A model generated the notes under the pieces. The model was not told the DNA's origin. It did no database searches and saw only the letters and a program-made list of their open reading frames with translations. DNA of 56,389 bases, counting the filler, from Thelocarpon superellum (taxonomy: Eukaryota), in the NCBI GenBank assembly GCA_026025795.1. It is 2 parts of 2 records of this genome, joined end to end, with 100 filler letters (N's around TTAATTAATTAA, not from the genome) between each part and the next. Parts side by side here need not be neighbours in the genome. Positions count along the whole stretch, not along the records: positions 1 to 28,323 come from JAPEUG010000237.1; 1 more part is not named here. One strand, written 5' to 3'. Positions within the stretch are counted from its first letter, which is position 1. Every line of letters starts with the position of its first letter. Positions 12,060 through 23,633 of this stretch are shown piece by piece. The position numbers and the translations under genes were made by a program.

Positions 12060-13854
12060 GAAGACGAAACATGTGACGGATTCGGTGAGATTCTCCGCAG
12101 AAGATGCATTTTTGCCGGCAGAGGCCCCTTGGCCGCTTTGGCCATGACGATTAATCTGCTCGAAGATGCCGCAGCAAAGGCAGGATCTGTGTTCGACAGC
12201 GCCTTGAGAGGCCAGGATCGAGGATCGAATCGAGATGCATTCTCCATGATGGAGTATGGGTATGCCTTCGATTCGCTTGAACTAGGAGAGATCCTTTGGT
12301 CCTCTCGTTGCATCGCTTTCCTATCTCATCAGCTCTTTCATCTGATTCCCTTGATATATTCGGGATTTACGGCATGATTTTGCTCGGAAGGGATCGGCGC
12401 AGATGCAGGTGCCGTGCCGGCAAGCACCCAGTTGCCTATTGCCGCTAGCACATAGTTCATGCCTGCAACCATAGCGTTCATGCCAAGACCACCACAACTT
12501 CGTACTCGACGGGCTCAATGACTTCAACGAGTGGACGGGGCTCGGCTCATTCCATGGAACGTGCCACGGGCCGGCAAGCAAGTGGACAAGCCGGGAAGGA
12601 TGGCTTCTTCATGTGACGATATTGCTGAAGAGGTATATTATTGAATGGGATCCAGGGAACCAAGGCTTACGGGTGGCCATCTACTTGGCCTAGCGTAATA
12701 CATGCGCATTTGTATCTGACATGTGAGGAATGTCGTAGCTGTTAGCTTCCGTCCCAGGTGGAGAAGGAAGACGAACTAGGCGTTTGTGGAGGTCCTCGGT
12801 GAGGGCGAATTGGAGTGCGTCGGAGATCGGCTTCAGGGACGAAGACTGAGTACGCAGTGAGTGGGGGAGCCACCCCGGGTCAGTTCGGCTATTTGGCGAA
12901 TAACACCTCGAGAATTGCAACGGTCGAGTCTCAAGGGTCACGTTGAACAGAGTCAGCTTCCGTTCTGGCGGCCCTCCGACTCTGCTGTAAATGGGAACAT
13001 TCGAGATCTGCGCCGTGGAGAATGCTTTTTGTGGTATCCGATTTGAGCAGAATCATTGTGGAAGATTCGGACGGAGTATCCAGTGTGATTAAGAGGGACA
13101 TTTTCAACAGCCGAGGAAATTGATGCTTGGAGAAAAGCCACCTTGGTAGCCGAGGATAGAGGCCGCAAGCGTAGCCGGCAGTCACGCACCGCGCCGAAAA
13201 GCCGCCCTAGCTTGCCCCCCAACTTAGTAGAGAAGTGTAGGGTTCGGTGGAGCACCGAGTGCTGGTCAAGCGAAACACAACGTACGAGCACACGTTGGTG
13301 GGCATGATCAACCCGCTCACACCCCACCAACACCAGAGACATGAGTTGATGTCCGACCCCATCATTCCTCTCTTGCTTGATGGCCGGATTCACCCTTCAT
13401 GTCGTACCTCCCACCTCTTCCCGTCGTTTCGTTTTTCCGCATCGCAAGCCCATGGTTCTTCTACCGTCACATGCACCGCGATTGGACGTCGGCATCGTCT
13501 TCCTTCGAGCTACCGGAGATATAGGGCTCTGTCGATAGCTACACATGCAATTGATGACAAATCCTGGCTGCAGGCACCTCCATACCGCCGGGAGATGATC
13601 GTACCCTTTCGAGCCATCCTGTTTACCCTCTAGTAGTACTCGTACTACTCATACTCGTACTCCTCATACCGCTGCCAGTGGTAGGAAGCTATACTGTTAC
13701 ATGGGACGCGCACTGGTACGGTACTCGTCGGATAACGTTCTGAGGGTCACTTATACTCCACATGCATGCACTGCACATCCCGTTCTATGCCGACATTGCA
13801 GTTGCCTCCTGAGAGCAAGGTGATGGGGGAGTGTGATCGTGACTGGTGTAGAGA

Positions 13855-13861
13855 TATATAA
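13855..13861 (+). promoter_or_regulatory. Putative TATA box of the small secreted protein gene
   Basis: TATATAA ~140 nt upstream of ATG 13998. Confidence 0.45.
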
Positions 13862-13997
13862 GAGCGTGAAACGTTTGGTTTCCAGGAGGGACCGAGTGAC
13901 CCCGCGCGAAAAAGCTCATCCGGCGTGTCGCTGCAAAGATCCAGAAGTACTCGAATAGACACCGAACCCAGCATTCCTCGTTCCAGCCACCCAAATC

Positions 13998-14279
13998 ATG
14001 TTGTCCAAGCTCTCCACCATCCTCCTCCTGGCAGCAGCCACCGTGCACCTCGCCTCCGCCGTCCCCTCCGACCTCGTCACGAAGCGGGATTGCGTGCAGT
14101 CGCCGAAATGTGTCAAGACGATCTTCGACGAGATTGCGCAGCAGATCTCTAACCTTCCGAATAACGAGGGCTCGTACTGTCTCTGCCAGGATGGGACGGG
14201 CGTTCCGTTTTGTGATCCATGCCCGGGTGATCCCGGCTGGGCTAGCTCCGTGACAGGGCGGTTGAATGGGGGTGATTAG
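13998..14279 (+). CDS. Small secreted cysteine-rich pre-pro-protein (93 aa)
   Basis: Good start context (AATCATG), hydrophobic signal peptide ending ASA, pro-region ending in Kex2-type KR, 63-aa mature part with 6 Cys; upstream TATA. Confidence 0.8.
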   Translation: MLSKLSTILLLAAATVHLASAVPSDLVTKRDCVQSPKCVKTIFDEIAQQISNLPNNEGSYCLCQDGTGVPFCDPCPGDPGWASSVTGRLNGGD

Positions 14280-14567
14280 AGAGGAAGATCTAGGCGAGAT
14301 GGATGATGGGTGAGGTGGATGAGAGGAGAGAGGGAAGGGAAGGGAAGAGTTGACTCTTCAATGGTCAACGAGGGTGGTCAGTCCAGGCTCTAGGGGCATG
14401 ATGGTGTCCACCAGCTGTTACGTAAACGAATGTGGTGGTATATGTCGGCCTCCTCTCACTCCTTCGCCACTGCTGCCGCCGCTGCAACAACCGTACATAA
14501 CCAAGCAGAACTGCCTCTCCTCTGTCTTCGCATCAGCTTCCTCCCATCATCAACCTTTCCCCTCTCG

Positions 14568-17341
14568 TTACAGATCCATGGCAAATCCCATCTCGACCAG
14601 CTGATCCCGCGGAAGCTTCATGGCCGCAATCTTGGAGCGGGTATTGTTGCGGATCCAGATGAAGGCGGAGAGGAGGATGCGGCGGAAGATGTTGGCGTCG
14701 TCGCGAACGTGCAGTTTCTCCTGTCCGACCAGGTAGAGGACCTGGGAGGCATGGGCCCTCTGGATGAGGGAGAGCTCCGCGGCCAGGCCATCGCCATTGC
14801 TTCCATCGTCACCACCGTTCCCCTCCGCGCCGGCTTTCTTGGCCGTGACGATGATGTCAGCGCTGCCCTTATCCGCGTGCTCGAACACGATGAACTTGGT
14901 AAGTTGCTCGAGAACCAGGCACGCCAGATCCGCCGTCGTTACCAGGTCGTTGTAGCCATGTCGCACGATCAGGCGGAAGCTGGTCGAGCCTTTGGAGAGC
15001 ACGCGCGAGACCGCATATCGCTCTTCAAACGGAACCGTGGACACGTTCAGCGGCCGCATGTGGAAGAAGACGGTGACCTCCGGCTGCGCTTCGAACTTGC
15101 GCACGAAGTTCTCGAAGACGGTCGGCGTGGTCCATCCGGACTTGTCAAAGAAGATGCCGATGCCTGTCCGTCATAAGTTAGCCCCATCCTGCTTCTTCAT
15201 ATTGTCGCTTGAGACCAACCCCGTATAATGGCGAGCTCTCCACCGCCATATGCCGCGCTGAGGCGTCTGACCCCATCCTCACCCATGGTAATTAGGGGAG
15301 CCCCCGGCACCTTGCTGGCACTCTCAGCCTCCCACTGCTGCTCCTTGCCGAAGCGCCACAGGGCGAAGATGCCCGAGAGCACAAAGGCGATGGCCAGCGT
15401 GGCCCAGGCGCCATTGGGTACCTTGATCATGGCCGACGTGAGGTACAGGCCATCCAGGCAGCCAAACACCAAAAAAACACCAAGCACCACGAAGACATTG
15501 ATCTTCCACGCCACCAAGGCCACAATCGACACCATGATCGTGGTGATGAAGGTGACGAGAATGACGCAGACGCCATAAGCATTTCCCAAACTCGTCGTCT
15601 ATCAGACAAGAACGTCAGCTGGAATGAGACAGGGGAATAGGAAGACCTACGTTCGTGAACGCGGCCGTGACCACCACCGTTGCAATCATCAGCAACCAGT
15701 TCGCCACCGGAATGTAGATATGCCCAACAAATCGTTCCGACGTGTGGACGATCTTGATGTGTGGAAAGTAGGACAGCTTCATCACCTGCGACAGGAGCTG
15801 GAACGTGCCGGTGATGATGGCTTGCGACGCGACGACGGCCGCGAGGATGGAGATGACCAGACCAGGATAGAACATGCCCGGCGGCACCGAGTTGAAGAAT
15901 GGATTCGAATAGGCTCCCTTATTCGAGCTGATGTAGGCCGCCTGGCCAATGTAGGTGATGAGCAGGCAGGGGAAGGCAAAGCAGAGCCACGACAATTGAA
16001 TGGCCCTAGTTCCACCATCAGCGTCATGACCAACAGCTGCAGAGGACGTCCTTACTTTCGGCTGAACGCCCCCAGATCCGCGAAAAGGGCCTCGACGCCG
16101 GTGAAGACGAGGAGAATGCCACCGAGCGACTTCCATCCATCCGTCCCATTGCGCACGAAGTACTGGCCAGCGAAGTAAGGCGAAAACGCCTTGAGCACGC
16201 TGTGGTCGAACATGGCGAGGTTCTCCGCAACGTCAGCAACGCTCCTATAACGCGTCGGGGTTCTCCCGTATGCGACGTACATAGATTCCAAAGGAGAGGT
16301 TAAAAAGCAGCCAGATGATAACGACGGGCGCAAAGCCGCTGGCGAGCTTGGACGTTCCAAAGGGCTGGATCAGATAGAGCAGAATGAGAATGGCACACGA
16401 CACGCCGACGATGGTGGCGTTGTTGATGTTCGCGTTGGCCACGGTCAAACCTAGGTCGGGTTAGACCAAGTCGGGGTCCTCCCACCGCGGCAAGCATGAT
16501 TTCGTACCTTGAATGGCCCCCAGCACCGACTGAGCGGGAGTGAGCGCACCGTCCTATTGCATTTCTTAGCGACTTGCACGACAACACTCAGCGCGTCTTG
16601 GTCACGAGAGACGTACCGCGATGATGAGGCTGACGCCCAGCACACCCAGAAGCTTCAGGAAGAATCTCGCGATCTGGCTACGTTCGAGGATGGATCGGAT
16701 AGATTTGTTGGAGGGCTTCATGTCAGAGCTGAGGTAGCGTTCCATCTTTACCATCGAAGCAGCCTTGGGGTCGGAGCGGGTGATGTTGGCCTGTCAATCA
16801 ACGTCAACACCGTCGCTCTCTCACGGTGGTCGATTGACTGACGTAGCGGGCCAGCAGGGAGTACAGGGCAAAGGTGCCACCCTCGCCATCATCGTCGGCG
16901 TAGAGGACGATGCAGATGTATTTGACGGTGACGATCAGAGTCAGAGTCCAGATGATGACGGACAGGACGCCGAGGAGATCATCGTACGACGGCTCCGACG
17001 AGAAGGTCGACGAGTACACGTAGAGCGGGCTGGTCCCAATGTCGCCGTAGATCACGCCGGTAGATTGGTAGGCCAGCCTGGGTGGATCAGCGGCGGCGCA
17101 AGAAAGCGCGGCAAGGCTTGGCCACCTACCAGGCAAGGACCCATCCGGTATATTTCGGACGACCCGGCTGTCCGCCATTGCGCACATCGTCTTCCCTGAG
17201 TTTGTAGGGGTTCTCGACCTCGGTCTCGTCTCTCACCGACGAACGAGAGACACGACGAACGCCGTGGGGCACGTACGCCGTGTTGGACTTGACAGGATGG
17301 ATATCGTTGGTAGCGATTTGCACATGAGGGCTGTTTTCCAT
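14568..17341 (-). CDS. hak1: HAK/KUP/KT family high-affinity K+ transporter, multi-exon
   Basis: [96 protein letters not shown] motifs; exons joined by GT-AG introns. Confidence 0.95.
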
Positions 17342-17524
17342 GCCAGGCTGATTGACGCGAGAGGTACACGGAGTAGGAGGGATGGAAATGTGTCAAGAGG
17401 GGTAACAGGAGGTCAATGGTTCAGAGTGCTGGACGCAGATGGCACAGACCCCAGTATGAGGGCAGCGCAAGGGTTCGCAAGATCGGACGCACGCCGGGTG
17501 AGGAAGCGGAGCCCATGGCGGCCA

Positions 17525-17530
17525 TATATA
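17525..17530 (-). promoter_or_regulatory. Putative TATA box of the HAK gene
   Basis: TATATA ~185 nt upstream of ATG 17341. Confidence 0.35.
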
Positions 17531-19494
17531 GTCAGGGGCCCCGGCGAGGAGGTACATGCCGGACAGCGGGAGCAACGTAGGGCAGTACGGTGCACAGCGC
17601 TGGCCGCGGCCACGCTGGAACGGCGTGGGCACGTCGTGATACCCTTCCTGCCGACAGTAGGCGGAGCGGTCTAGGGGTGCCGCTGTCTCGGAGCTGGACC
17701 GGAAGCCTTCGTCGGATTCGAGGCGCTACGTCTGGAAAGACTTTCCCTCTTCATGACCGCTGACGGCTGCTGACTTTCGCCCTCCATCCGCACTGGAGCA
17801 ATGGCGGCCAGATGCCTTCGGCGAAATTCGCTCATACAATATCAAAAAGGTGATGGTCGTGATGGGGATCGCCAGGAGCTACGATAGTACGGAGGACGTG
17901 ACTAGCACCAATCGTCTGACGGGCTGCTTGTCCAGCGCGGTAGGCGTAGCACGGGTCCCCTCAGAGGCTAACATCTGCTCCAGTCGGATCTCCACCTGGA
18001 ACATGGGCAGGGCACACTGGCGCGCGCAGGCGAAGGGCGGGAGCAGGACATTAAGTCAACGCTAGGCCAGAATGTGCTTCGTGCGTACTCGTTTCCATCT
18101 CGTTTCCTTTTGGCAGCAGTCCTTCGAATATCCAGCGACCCCCCACCTCGTCGAGCATTGTTGCCGTCCACAGCTTCCTCTCGTCCACCTAGCACCGTCA
18201 CTACGAAGATCGCGCACCACTGAGCCAGCACGAGCACAAACGCTCCTATCGCCGTGAGACCGGCACGCTCGTGCACTTGGAAGGCCCCTTGGTATCTACC
18301 AGGCGCCGCCTTCGTTTTCGCCAAGCATGTTTGAGCTGGGCACGTCCAGCACGCGTAGGTCTCGGCTAGGCGAGGGAGCTACCCACGTCGCGCACCCCAC
18401 CATCACCGAGGTCACGAGCATCCGGTGGTGGCCCGGAACACCAACAATGACCCTGGATGCATTCTCATGCCCGCCCATGCATTGCTAGTTGGGAAGCTTG
18501 ATGGCTGCGAGCGAACAACGGCGTAGGCTGTGTGAACGGGTCCATTTTGCAGCCAGCAGGCCCACCCTCCTTCCGCGAGACTCTTTGACGCCGTATGAAC
18601 GGGCTGCGCTAAGCAGGATTGACCCGTATCTGGCGACCCTGCTCCGGCCTGCCCCAAGACCATCCGTCATGGCCCTTGCTGCGCTTGATTGGAACTCCTG
18701 CCGAGATGTGGATTGGACACGTCGTCATCCCATGTCTCCAGTCAAGACGACGCTCGATGCGGACGCGGCCCTGCCATGCCATGTGGTAAACTCTCGCCAG
18801 CGGCAACATCTGACGAGCGGCAACAGTGGCGAGGAGGTAAGTAATTACCATCTCGTATTCCACTGGCCCACGTGAAAGGCACGCTCTCCTGCCACCGCAA
18901 GCGAGAATCAGCCCGGGGAATACTCGACCGCTGCATCTACATCACCAGCCCCAGCGCGATGGCCCTCTCATCTTTATGCGATGGCGCCGGACCGTAACAT
19001 TAATGGGGCGCTCGGGTGATTCGTCATGGCTTTGGGGTGATCGACGCGGGTGCCTGACAAGAGGCTCGCCAAATTCCGGTACCGAGGCTGAAACCACCGA
19101 GGACTCTAAACGAGACCAGCCCACCGCTCGTATGGGTATGGTGTGTAAAGTGTGTGCGAGACCTGACGTTGGATCGCGGGGTCAAGGTTCGACAACTCCG
19201 TCCTATGGGCGACAGCTGTAGCTGCACCAGCGGCTGCGCGAATACCATGATATCCTGAGTGTTAAAAGTCGAATTGAAGCGTAGATACATCTCTGATGAG
19301 GGCCGTCTCTGAATCGGCACACTCGCTAGGTGGAAAAAGGTGGATCTCAAACGTAAGGAGCTGCGTCCAAGTTAACGCCCTTCCAATCCACAACTCCTGC
19401 GCCAGTCCGTCGCTTGCTAAACATGTTTGACGATCAGGGAGCTCTCGAATATCACACATCCGATATATCCAACGGTCGGCGGCCAGCCGCTCAC

Positions 19495-20687
19495 CTACTG
19501 TGGGCTGTAGGTCATGGTAGGAGAGCGTGAATACGCCATCGGACCTCCCACCCCCGCCCCGGGCCCGGCAAACTTTCTCATATCGTCTTCCCGGTCGCGC
19601 ACCTCGCGCTCGTCTTGGATCAAGGTGCATGGAAGACAACACACGGCGTGCACACAGTCGTCACCGGCGGATCCCTCGATGTTGTACTTGCTCCGTATTC
19701 GACTATGCTGCAGCAAGGTGAGGAGGCCTGTTGCGTGTCAGCCGCCCCATCCACCTTGGAGAGAGGTTCAATTACACCGGACGCACATTGGAAGCCGCAT
19801 GCAAATCCCATGAGGACGCACGGCGCGTTACAGGCGTGATAGCCTAAGAGATCCGTGGGGTCGCGATGGGCGGACTTCTGATTCAGGCGGTATTGTGTCT
19901 TGCCGTAAAGCACGCAGGGACAACAGCAACCGAGACAGCATGTTCCCACATCCCCACAACCGCACAGCGAATGATACCATTGGCGCTGTGCGGCCTTCAT
20001 GCTGGGGTGTGCAATCTGCCCAGGCTGGTGTGTTTCAGGCGCAATGCCGTTTGGGCCAGTCGGCGAATACGGGTTGTATTGCGGGGTGTAGGGTGTCCGT
20101 GGCGAGCCAGGCGACTTTGGGGGCTCTTCTTTGGCGGTCACGGACGATTTTGGCGCCTGAACGTCATGCTTGGTCGAGCCCGAGACGTGGGCATCGCCAG
20201 CGGCATCGGCGCTGTGTGACCCAACTGGTGGGGGATGCGCCACCGGCGCATAGTATGCCGGGTGAATACCCACATCCCGTGGTGTCGGTATAAGTGCCAA
20301 CGCAGCCGAATCCTTTTCATTCGAAGGCACCGCGGTATCTGCCGGCGAAATCATCGGAAGTGACCCGTCTCGGGGAGTCGGTTGTGAAGCCCTATCATCA
20401 GGTACGGGGTCCTCCGGATTCGACGATCGCTGCGACTCCGGGGGTGTCGTTCGGGAGACTAAGGGGAATTCAGGCGGTCTCATGTCGACAGGCGTTTGAA
20501 CGATAGAGTAACGCTGTGTGGGCTGTGACTCAGGCCGGCGCCCCGTGACCCGCCGATCAAAGGATCGTTGATCCGAAGATGCATCTGCGTTGGTCGCTGA
20601 AGGTTGAAGAGGCATAGGCTGCGGAGGTGATACTCGAGGGTAATGAAACGGGCCTTGCCCCGACCGATTTGGGGCCGTTGAAGACAT
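19495..20687 (-). CDS. PLAC8 (DUF614) Cys-rich family protein with long Pro/Ser-rich N-terminus, 2 exons
   Basis: WYHSLCGC...TCCLGCCCPCVLYGKT...RIRSKYNIEGS..DDC.HAVCCLPCTLIQDEREV is the PLAC8 pattern; one GT-AG intron at ~19727-19786. Confidence 0.9.
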
Positions 20688-21879
20688 GATCACGGCGAGA
20701 GGACCAGCAATCGTTGATGTCAGCTGCAAAAGTTGAAGATAGAATGGATGCTAACCACCCGGACCGTCCGGTACGGGAGGGGAGGCAGCGGCAGAAGGAT
20801 TCGACAGGCGGAGCGGGGCGGTCCGTAAGCACTAGGCGAAGATGCGCAAAGAGCTTCGATCGAATCGTGTTCACAAAAATCGATCAAATGGTCGCTCTAT
20901 CAACACACTGTGACTGTGGTCATGGCCGAGGCTCGCCCGGAAGGCGAATGCGACGCTCAAGGCGGCGTGCGACGTGGCAGAGAGAGTGAGCATCCGGCGG
21001 GGCACGCACACAGAGATACCTGCTGTATCCACGGTGTGGAGTGGGGGTCGGCAATAACGACTATGCACCGCTTTCGCTGGACCGTGAGATGATATCTCGA
21101 TAGAGGAGCTCTCGAGGGTGGATGAGACAGCTTCATCTTCGAATCGAGATGGAAGGGGAGCCGTAATATGGGATCGTAGAGGGCGTGTCAGCGTCGCCCA
21201 CCCTTGCGGGCTGTCCACCGTGGACGATGGGCCACGGTTCACCGACGGTTGGCTGTGACAAAAGCAGACTAACGGTGTGACGAATCGCCACCAGCGTTTA
21301 CATGAAGCTAAAAGCCATGGCTGCCCCGCCGTCCCACCAATCACCGATCATACATTGCTCACCTCGTGGACGGCTTCCCGTGCCACGGCTACATCGTGGT
21401 CGTACGTCATCACCGTCGACTGTGTGGTCCACCATTCTGGAGCTCTGCATATGCAGCTACTTTGGTGCATCACAGTCAGTCACAATCTTCTGTAACCACG
21501 CATAGCTTGCCGATGGCCGATGATAGATGCCTGTAAAGTGATGACCAAGGGATGCTGATCTGTGCACCCTCAACTCCCCTGTCACGAGCAGACGCTCTTG
21601 GTGTCTTGCAAGCATCCCCGCGCTACGGGGGACATCTATCTCAATGTAAGAGAGAATGCTTCATGCTACCTCTTCAATAAACGGCGAGACCCCGCTAGCC
21701 TTTGTCGTGTATTGGGGACTGCGTATACGCGCAGGCTAGTGTGCACAGATGTGATGAGATTTTGTCCATCATCAGCGCGCTCGCCTCTTGCCCACAACGT
21801 TTCTGTGCCTCCTCCAGTACGCGCTGAGATACGGCGAACTAATAGGAAAGCCGTCTAATGCTACGGTTCTACATGTCCT

Positions 21880-22793
21880 TCAGGCCTGCAGAATGTCAGG
21901 CGTGGTCGTTTCAAGAACGTGCGATGCTGGCTTACCTGCGGACGTTTGGGATTTACCGTGCCCTTACTCTTTGCTGTATCTGTCTGACCGTCCCCCTTCT
22001 TACTCCTCTCCGAGTCGTCGAGCTTCACAGAGTGCTTAGTGTCGCTGTTGGTAATACCTTCTTGTTTTCCCGATTGCTGGTTCGGGCCCAGAGCTGGCTT
22101 TGACGGGGCGGGCTATGAAAGTCAATGCTCCGTCTATAACGCGTTGACTGCCGTTCTGGGCGTCATTTGGTACTGACCGTATCCTTAGTACTTCCTTCTC
22201 CTGATTGCTGGCCATCACGCTGTCCTGGTGCGTCGCCATCCTCAGACGTGTCGGGCGTGTCCTGGGGGGTGTCGTCGTCGTCGCCAGAACCTTTGGCGTC
22301 GGTGACATCGTCCGAGGTTTCCTTGTCACCGGACTCGCTCTCGTCATCTTTCGCCTCGCCATGCTCTCCGTCCTCATCGTGACCCTCGGAGGCATGCTCG
22401 TCATGACCGTGGCCATGACCATGACCTTTGTCGGGCGACGGCTGGAGGAGGTACGCGCACACCGGTACTGTGACGACTACCGCGCCAACTAGCCTATTAT
22501 GAAACGCATTTCAGCGTCTGGTTCCAATACAGAGTCAAAGGAACCGTACAAGCATCACTTGAGAGATGCCTCGCTAGAACCAAGGATGCTCATGGATGGA
22601 AAGCTGAAGGGCCGAACGAGGTCGCGACTCACCAGGGAAGATCACTTGCTGCCTTCTTCGGCGCATGGCCTTCATGTGCGTAGCCTCGACGACCCGTATA
22701 CTGCCATGGCTGCGATCGCTTGACTAGTCGAAGCGCTCTGGTGCCTGAGCTTTTCAATGGCGTCCGGAGCACTGCAAGTCTCGGGAGTACCAT
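21880..22793 (-). CDS. Small uncharacterised protein with mitochondrial-type presequence, one TM helix and acidic/His-rich region; 4 exons
   Basis: Arg-rich N-terminus ...RRGYAHE...SDLPWLVGAVVVTVPVCAYLLQ, GHGHGHGH, then SGKQEGITNSDTKHS...KKGDG..DTAKSKGTVNPKRPQ. The last coding exon is Ala-stop after a GTAAGC...CTGAC...CAG intron. Confidence 0.75.
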
Positions 22794-23633
22794 GTCGGGC
22801 CGAAGGGTGCAGAGAGCTTGAAAGCCTAACAACGTGCTCCTTTGCTCCTCAGATACTGCGTTGCCCGAATGAGGACCTCAACACGGCCGAAGAAAGTCGT
22901 CAATTGGGACTTTGGAGGGTGTGAGTCGGGAACAGTGAGAGACTCAACCCAAAAGTCAATCCGTCAATCCGGGGCTGGGAGGAGGTCGTCCGCTTCTTAA
23001 GCTACGGGCAGGTACCCGAGCTATTAGCGGAGCTGGGTTACCCTAGAGCTCTCCGTACTCCGCAGCAGTGCCCCAGCTGCGAAGAAGCATGGCAGACCGG
23101 CAATCGCCGGGATCACGCCAGGCCAGCGCCGGGATCGCTACGGCGCTCCAGAAAGGTGCGTCATGCTGTTCTTCCACATTCCACTGTGTTCACTGGAGCT
23201 CGGGTTGTCGATGAACGCGCAGGGAAGAGTGACCATGTAGACTATACAACTCTGCGTGAATACCGAGCTTTCATTGGTCCCTAGGTCGGTGATTCTGTGA
23301 CCGGAATCGGTTGTCTCCGAGGCTCAACGCAGGTGCACCACCACTGTCAAGAGCGCCTGTCGAAGTGCCGTGCCATGAATGGCGGGGGTGGCGTCGGCTA
23401 TTACGAGTAGTGATGCTTCACTCCACCGCACGTCACTGTCAACACGCGGACTGCTTTTCCGGTTGAAATACACCACACACCTGTTAAGGCAGCTCCCTAT
23501 GCGAACCCCGAGCTGAAGTGCTCTGGAAAGCTGTCTTACATCTTCATCACATACCTTGGGATTGCATCGTACCCCGTGTCCATCTGGCGACAGTGAGAAA
23601 AGGCAGGTGGCGTGGGCTGTATCGTCCGTCGCC

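Noticed and set aside
11993..12313. NASRFDPRSW resembling a cytochrome P450 PERF motif
   Set aside because: No EXXR or heme-binding FxxGxxxCxG motif in a compatible position
17400..19490. Numerous 60-130-codon ORFs upstream of the HAK gene
   Set aside because: No recognisable motifs or coherent exon structure; more simply HAK promoter and PLAC8 3' region
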